NCBI GenBank assembly: GCA_965205865.1
Contig: CBDBHR010000029.1
Location: 800,001-864,000, forward strand
DNA from: a bacterium
Lineage (GTDB): Bacteria; SAR324; NAC60-12
Length of the DNA stretch: 64,000 nucleotides
Reading direction: 5' to 3'
Notes under the pieces: generated by a model
The model's database searches: none
Told to the model about the DNA's origin: nothing
Seen by the model: the letters and a program-made list of their open reading frames with translations, nothing else
Program-made: the position numbers and the translations under genes
In this document: in pieces, positions 58,987 through 64,000 of the stretch
Position numbering within the stretch: position 1 is the first letter of the stretch
Layout: the number at the start of each line of letters is the position of its first letter

Positions 58987-61140
58987 TCAGGCAGCAACAT
59001 CATTGGCGCTTTGGGCAATCCGGCTATAGACCACATGCGCTTCCTCGACAAACAGGATCGCCTGTTCAATGGTATAGCGGATATTGGTTTCATCCAGCGA
59101 TGCAAAATCTTCGTCCAGAGTTTTTAAATAGTAGGCAGCCGGTTTGGCAAAGAAGATGGACGTTTCCACAAAGTGGCTCTTGAAGGCATCGGCGGTCACA
59201 TAATCTCCGAATTCTTCGTAGCCCTGAGTGAGTAGCAATGCTATTGAGGCTTTTTCCATCGAGGACTTTGCCAGCTGATAAGCTTCCCGGGACCGGCTTT
59301 CTTCCAGCATAATAGCCGCCTGCGCGTTATTTCGGTCGCATTCTTCCAATAAAAATTCAGTACGGGGCAGCAATACCCCGGCGCATTCACCTTTTTCCGT
59401 ACTCAACTTGAATGCGGTTTCCTCTCCCACATCCGTGAAAAAATCGGGATTGTCTTCATAAGTGGGTAAGGTCATCAAATCGGCTAATTCCTCTTTGACT
59501 TTCTTTTTACCAACCCGTTCCACAAACTGAGAGAAACTTTCATCTACCTCTCCGAAGTTCTCATAAAAACGGTTCACCCGCTCAATGGCTTCCGGAATGC
59601 GGTGTGGGGATATTTTCCCGACAGCCAAGCCATACGATTGCGCGTTGCCGGAAGTGGTGCCTCCCAGAAGCATCTGAAATACGGGTGCAATCCGGCCTTC
59701 CTTGGATTGGGCCGAACCAAAGAAACCGAGATCGGCAATGTGGTGCTGTCCACAGGAATTGGGGCAACCACTGACTTTGATCTTCATTCCTGTTTTTTCA
59801 CCCAGTTCGTACAATTCATTCTGAAATTGCTCGTGAAGCATGGTTGCAAGCCCCCTGGACGCGGTGATTCCCAGTTTGCAGGAATCGGTGCCCGGGCAGG
59901 CGGTGACATCACTGAGGGTGTTGCCGTAGCCATGCAACCCCAACTGTTTGAGGTCTTCATATAGAAACGGCAACTCTGCATTCGAAACCCAGCGAAACAC
60001 GATGTTTTGTTCCGCACTCAAGCGGATCGTGTCTTTAATATACTGGTGGGAAATCTCCACCAATCGGCGTAATTGATCGCCGGTGACATCGCCCAAAAGA
60101 CAAAATATATGCGCGATGGAATATCCTTCCTGCTGTTGGGCTTCCACATTGTGTTGGAACCATTTTTTGAATTCGTCGCTCTGTGCTTCCAGATCCAGGG
60201 AAGACGGGGGTTTATAGGGAGATTCACTGTAACTCGAGTACTTGGAGAAAATGCTGGCTCCCACTTTTTTACGGCCGATTTTGCTCCGTTCTTCTTCGAT
60301 CATCTCACGCACCGGATCAATTCCGAGTTTATCCACTACAAATTTAAATCGTGCTCGATTGCGGTTGCGACGCTCCCCATGGCGAGTAAAAACCCGGGCA
60401 ATGGCCTGAGCCACGGAAAAAAGCTCTTCCCGTGGAATAAATTCATACAATTGCCGGGCTTTTCGAGGGACAGCCCCCAAACCACCTCCGATGAGCAATT
60501 CAAATCCTGCCACCGGTTTTCCTTCAATTTGTCGTACTTGCGCAATGGCTCCGATGTCGTGCATGTGGGCCAGTCCACACATCTCATCGGCGCAGCCGGA
60601 GTATGAAATTTTGAATTTCCGACCGAAATCCTGAGCTTCGGGATGCTTCAATAAAAATTCAGACATGGCAAGAGCATCCGGGGTGGTATCAAACACGGCG
60701 GACGCGCAAACTCCACTTTTGGTGCATGCGCAAACATTGCGGACCACGTTTCCGCACGCTTCCAAGGTCGTAATTCCCACTTGGGCCAGCCGTCTCAGTA
60801 ATTCTGGCGTATCCCGGATGTTGACGTTATGATACTGGATATCCTGGCGAGTCGTGACATGCGAAACCCCATCCGCCAGTTCGTCAGACAAATCGGCCAT
60901 GGTTTTCAACTGCTCAGTGGAGACCATGCCCAGAGGCAGTTTGATGCGTATCATCTGTTGATTTGGTTGGCGCTGTCCATAAACACCATGGCGCAGACGA
61001 AATTCCGTGAAAATCGCTTCCGGAACTTCTCCATTCAGCCAACGGTTGAGTTCGGTTTCGTAGAGCTCCAAATACTTGGACAGATCTACTTCGTTAATAA
61101 TGTGCTGCCAACTCTCTTGGGTGTGTTCAATTGCTGTCAT
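58987..61140 (-). CDS. sir: Siroheme sulfite/nitrite reductase with a C-terminal helical extension
   Basis: GVYGQRQ, TTRQDIQ, ACPGTDSC, SGCPNSCG. Start taken at ATG 61140. Confidence 0.88.
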   Translation of the reverse strand: MTAIEHTQESWQHIINEVDLSKYLELYETELNRWLNGEVPEAIFTEFRLRHGVYGQRQPNQQMIRIKLPLGMVSTEQLKTMADLSDELADGVSHVTTRQDIQYHNVNIRDTPELLRRLAQVGITTLEACGNVVRNVCACTKSGVCASAVFDTTPDALAMSEFLLKHPEAQDFGRKFKISYSGCADEMCGLAHMHDIGAIAQVRQIEGKPVAGFELLIGGGLGAVPRKARQLYEFIPREELFSVAQAIARVFTRHGERRNRNRARFKFVVDKLGIDPVREMIEEERSKIGRKKVGASIFSKYSSYSESPYKPPSSLDLEAQSDEFKKWFQHNVEAQQQEGYSIAHIFCLLGDVTGDQLRRLVEISHQYIKDTIRLSAEQNIVFRWVSNAELPFLYEDLKQLGLHGYGNTLSDVTACPGTDSCKLGITASRGLATMLHEQFQNELYELGEKTGMKIKVSGCPNSCGQHHIADLGFFGSAQSKEGRIAPVFQMLLGGTTSGNAQSYGLAVGKISPHRIPEAIERVNRFYENFGEVDESFSQFVERVGKKKVKEELADLMTLPTYEDNPDFFTDVGEETAFKLSTEKGECAGVLLPRTEFLLEECDRNNAQAAIMLEESRSREAYQLAKSSMEKASIALLLTQGYEEFGDYVTADAFKSHFVETSIFFAKPAAYYLKTLDEDFASLDETNIRYTIEQAILFVEEAHVVYSRIAQSANDVAA

Positions 61141-61199
61141 GTTTACCTTTTGAAAAATTCCTTTCTCCCAGACCTCTCCAGTTGTGGGAGCTTTTATAA

Positions 61200-61655
61200 T
61201 TAAATATAATAAATGAAACCCTGGTTGTTCCGAGAACTCACTTTGGCTTCCCGTCTCAGAATATCCTGCATACTGATAGTGTCTAAAACCCTGGCTATTG
61301 CTTCCTGAACTTCGGCCCATACTCCAAAAAAATGAAGGCGACCTTCTCCCACGGATTGCAAATGAGTCAGGGGATCCGAATGTTCCGGAGAGAACCAGCG
61401 TTTATCAACCAAGCGAATGATATCCCCCAAAAAAATTTCATCCGGTGGCTTTGCCAGAGCATAACCCCCACTTGGCCCTTTTCTGCTTTCCACATATCCT
61501 GCTTTTTTCAACTGTAACATGATTTGTTCGAGATACTTGTTCGGGATATCTTGAGCTTTGGAAAGATCCGAGACCCGTACCAGTTTGTTGTTGTAATAAT
61601 GCGATAGCTCCAAAACTGCGCGCAGCGCATAATTACATCGGGTTGAGCGCTTCAT
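61200..61655 (-). CDS. Rrf2-family regulator lacking the three-Cys Fe-S motif (CymR-like)
   Basis: STRCNYALRA, YLEQI, SRKGPSGGY; first gene of the sir-cysH-tusA unit. Confidence 0.9.
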   Translation of the reverse strand: MKRSTRCNYALRAVLELSHYYNNKLVRVSDLSKAQDIPNKYLEQIMLQLKKAGYVESRKGPSGGYALAKPPDEIFLGDIIRLVDKRWFSPEHSDPLTHLQSVGEGRLHFFGVWAEVQEAIARVLDTISMQDILRREAKVSSRNNQGFIYYI

Positions 61656-61670
61656 ATGCACTCCTTCATT

Positions 61671-61850
61671 ATCTGAGTAAATTAATATGAAATTTAAACG
61701 AATAAGTCAAGATTTATTTTTTTATTTTTTAATATAAATTATATCAGTGTCTTATAGATTTATAATAACATACTAAAAAAATAGGAAATTCTAATTTATC
61801 TCTTGAAAACACCTCATCTTAGCTATAAACATACTAAAAAACTAGGAAAT
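61671..61850. promoter_or_regulatory. Three 23-bp Rrf2/CymR-like operator boxes
   Basis: AACATACTAAAAAAATAGGAAAT (61767-89), AACATACTAAAAAACTAGGAAAT (61828-50), and degenerate ATCTGAGTAAATTAATATGAAAT (61671-93). Confidence 0.7.
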
Positions 61851-61969
61851 AATGAGAGTGCCAGTCAAGAAATTCAGACAAAATTCATCCTTTGGCAGGA
61901 GGGATTGTGGCAGGATTTGAGTAGAGCGCATAAGAAACTCTGCCGTGAGACGCCCTGTTCATTAGCGAC

Positions 61970-63466
61970 TCAGGGTTGAAACGAAAAGCAAACATTGCGT
62001 GCTTGTTCCAATTGATTCCTCGCTTGTTGCAGGAACCGGGAATGCTCTGTGAGGGAATTGGAAAGCGCTTCGATTTGGGTTGGTAAGGATTCCGGATTGG
62101 GAGCGCCCTGGTGTTGCCGTTGTTTGAGAAGGGAGGAAGGATCATTCAGGGAATCGACCGTTTCCGGAGAAATTTCCCCAAGGCAACCAGATTCCCGCAT
62201 AGCATGCTGTAAAGCGGGGTGCGTGATACGGCCGGCTTCCTGGGAATATTTAACGGCCAACGCTAAAACATGGTAACACTCCCGGAACGGCATATCGAGG
62301 GTACGTGCCAGATAATCAGCCACATCAACGGCATTGACAAACCCTTCCTGACAATACTGGCGCATCACCTCTTCATGTACCGTTAAACCCTCGAAAACAC
62401 TTTTGAGGATCAAAGGGGCTGGCTCACATTCACGAATGACGTCCATCACCAGGTATTTGGTTAGCTGCGTATCCCGATTGAAGCCGCTCAAGCTTCCCTT
62501 TTGAATGCCCAACAGGCTCATCAGGATTCCGTGGCTCAACGATGCTTTGGCTTTAATCACTTCTGCAAAATCAGGATTTTTTTTCTGGGGCATGATGGAA
62601 GATCCCGTGACCATGCTCTCTTCAATTTCTATCATTCCTATATAGGGTGAACTGAGGAAAATCAAATCCTGGGCTATAGTACTCAGATGATTCATCAACA
62701 CGGCATAGGTTTGCGTCAGTTGCGCTTCATTTTCCCAACGAGAGACAATGCAGTCCAAGGTATTGGTGTCGACACAATCGAACCCCAGCAGATCCGAGGT
62801 CCGTTGACGGTTGATCTGCCATGAAGTGCCGAAAGACGCTGCAGCTCCCAACGGATTTCGGTTGATCAATTGGTAGGTAAAACCAACCCGCTCCAAGTCC
62901 CGACAGATCCCCTGGACATAAGAACACACCCAATGCCCCCAGCTGGTCACCATTCCAGGCTGATAATGAGTGAATCCGGGCATGGCGGTTTGGACATGCT
63001 TTTTCGCGTGAGCGAGCAAGGCTGTGGAAAACGTGGTCGAATTCGCTCCCAATTGTAAGCATGCCTCACGCATGTAAAGCCGCATGTCACAGACGATTTG
63101 ATCGTTGCGACTCCGCCCTGTATGCAGGGTTCCCCCAACCGCAAGCCCATATTTTTCCGTCAGGTACGATTCGATATTGAGATGCGCATCCTCTTTTTGA
63201 GGATCCAATGCGAATTGACCGGCCTCTATCATTTCCTCCAACTCAGCAAGCCCTTGCAGAATCAGGGAGAGGGTCTGCGAAGTCATGATTTTTTGTTCAT
63301 AGAGCATGATCGCGTGGGCGCGATTGGTCCAAAGATCATAAGGCAGCAACACGTCATCGGCCATTGGTAAGGATTGCACGTCCCGTCCTGCGCAAAAAAG
63401 GACATTTTGTTCGGCAGGGTTCCGCTTCAGATGGCTGCTCCAAATCTGTTGTTTGTTTCCGGTCAT
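61970..63466 (-). CDS. argH: Argininosuccinate lyase
   Basis: HTGRSRNDQ, MPGFTHYQ, GSSIMPQKKNPD. Confidence 0.95.
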   Translation of the reverse strand: MTGNKQQIWSSHLKRNPAEQNVLFCAGRDVQSLPMADDVLLPYDLWTNRAHAIMLYEQKIMTSQTLSLILQGLAELEEMIEAGQFALDPQKEDAHLNIESYLTEKYGLAVGGTLHTGRSRNDQIVCDMRLYMREACLQLGANSTTFSTALLAHAKKHVQTAMPGFTHYQPGMVTSWGHWVCSYVQGICRDLERVGFTYQLINRNPLGAAASFGTSWQINRQRTSDLLGFDCVDTNTLDCIVSRWENEAQLTQTYAVLMNHLSTIAQDLIFLSSPYIGMIEIEESMVTGSSIMPQKKNPDFAEVIKAKASLSHGILMSLLGIQKGSLSGFNRDTQLTKYLVMDVIRECEPAPLILKSVFEGLTVHEEVMRQYCQEGFVNAVDVADYLARTLDMPFRECYHVLALAVKYSQEAGRITHPALQHAMRESGCLGEISPETVDSLNDPSSLLKQRQHQGAPNPESLPTQIEALSNSLTEHSRFLQQARNQLEQARNVCFSFQP

Positions 63467-63694
63467 GTTGTCCCGTGGGAAAGGAAACGCTTCCGCGAAG
63501 GGATCGTCAAACGCGTGATGGATTGGTCTCCGTTTTGCATTTGTTCATATAATTGCTGCAATCAGCCTACACCAAAATCAGAAAAAAAACAGATTTTCCA
63601 CAGAGAAAGTCCAGTGACAGGGACTCGTTTCTCATCCTCCAAATTTCTCGAATTTAAAAATCACGATGGAGGTTCAGGAAACAAGAAGGGTAAC

Positions 63695-63994
63695 GTGAAA
63701 AGCATCACACCGGACAATCATCGCCAAAGTTTCTCTGAAAAGGACGGGAAGTTCAGGACGGAAAATAGAAAACCGGATGACAACTCGGCATTCCAGCAGA
63801 CTTTGCAATCGAGCATTGAACGGATGAATGACATTTCAGAGCGAGCGGATGCGGCTTTACAATCTCTTCCCGGTACCAATCAAGACGAATTTGAATCCAT
63901 CATCGAGCAGGCCTGTTCCATCCACCGCAGGATGATGCAGGTACAGTACAATTTAGCAACCCTGTATCAAAAAATGAAAGTCAACAAAAAATAG
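63695..63994 (+). CDS. FliE-like small helical protein
   Basis: F.QTLQSSIERMN...ADA...MMQVQYNL..LYQKM resembles FliE; GTG start after a purine-rich RBS. Confidence 0.5.
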   Translation: MKSITPDNHRQSFSEKDGKFRTENRKPDDNSAFQQTLQSSIERMNDISERADAALQSLPGTNQDEFESIIEQACSIHRRMMQVQYNLATLYQKMKVNKK

Positions 63995-64000
63995 GGAACG

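Noticed and set aside
61767-61850. Mini CRISPR array
   Set aside because: Only two near-identical AT-rich repeats, no cas genes, and a promoter location that fits operators better. No CRISPR array was seen anywhere in the window.

Overview
Bacterial chromosomal window. The secE-nusG-rplKAJL block, KorAB, fused IOR and sox-like genes suggest a deltaproteobacterium-like organism, possibly SAR324-like; this is inference only. (1) 0.1-5.8 kb: decaying defence islet with a putative Type II R-M pair, a truncated SNF2 helicase and an AT-rich ClpP-fold (SDH) protease plus a 70-aa partner, flanked by two gene remnants. (2) 6-17 kb: hisGI, an OmpR/HK pair, a porin, three permease-less ABC ATPases with a PPIase, and a 2-hydroxyacid dehydrogenase. 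(3) 17-19 kb: a pseudogene graveyard with a transposase relic, a REP-like element and a broken TM/coiled-coil/FN3 gene. (4) 19-42 kb: mostly housekeeping, including dcd, mnmH, IOR, tldD-rsmH, gabD, four tRNAs with rpmG-secE-nusG-rplKAJL (no adjacent tuf or rpoB), korA, a korB-CBS fusion and recR. (5) 42.6-52.7 kb is the most interesting part: an 11-gene non-canonical Sox-like cluster (TauE, DUF1634, YeeE, His/Arg-topped beta-propeller, Tat-exported SoxY-like carrier with superoxide-reductase-type metal motifs, divergent SoxB, SoxZ, HMA-like/cytochrome c fusion, DUF302, SCO, secreted thioredoxin-barrel protein) with no soxAX or soxCD. (6) 53-64 kb: a xanthine-dehydrogenase-family Mo enzyme with MoaD, an Rrf2-sir-cysH-tusA operon with repeated operator-like boxes, argH and an orphan FliE-like gene. 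All family assignments come from recognising motifs by eye; no database searches were run.
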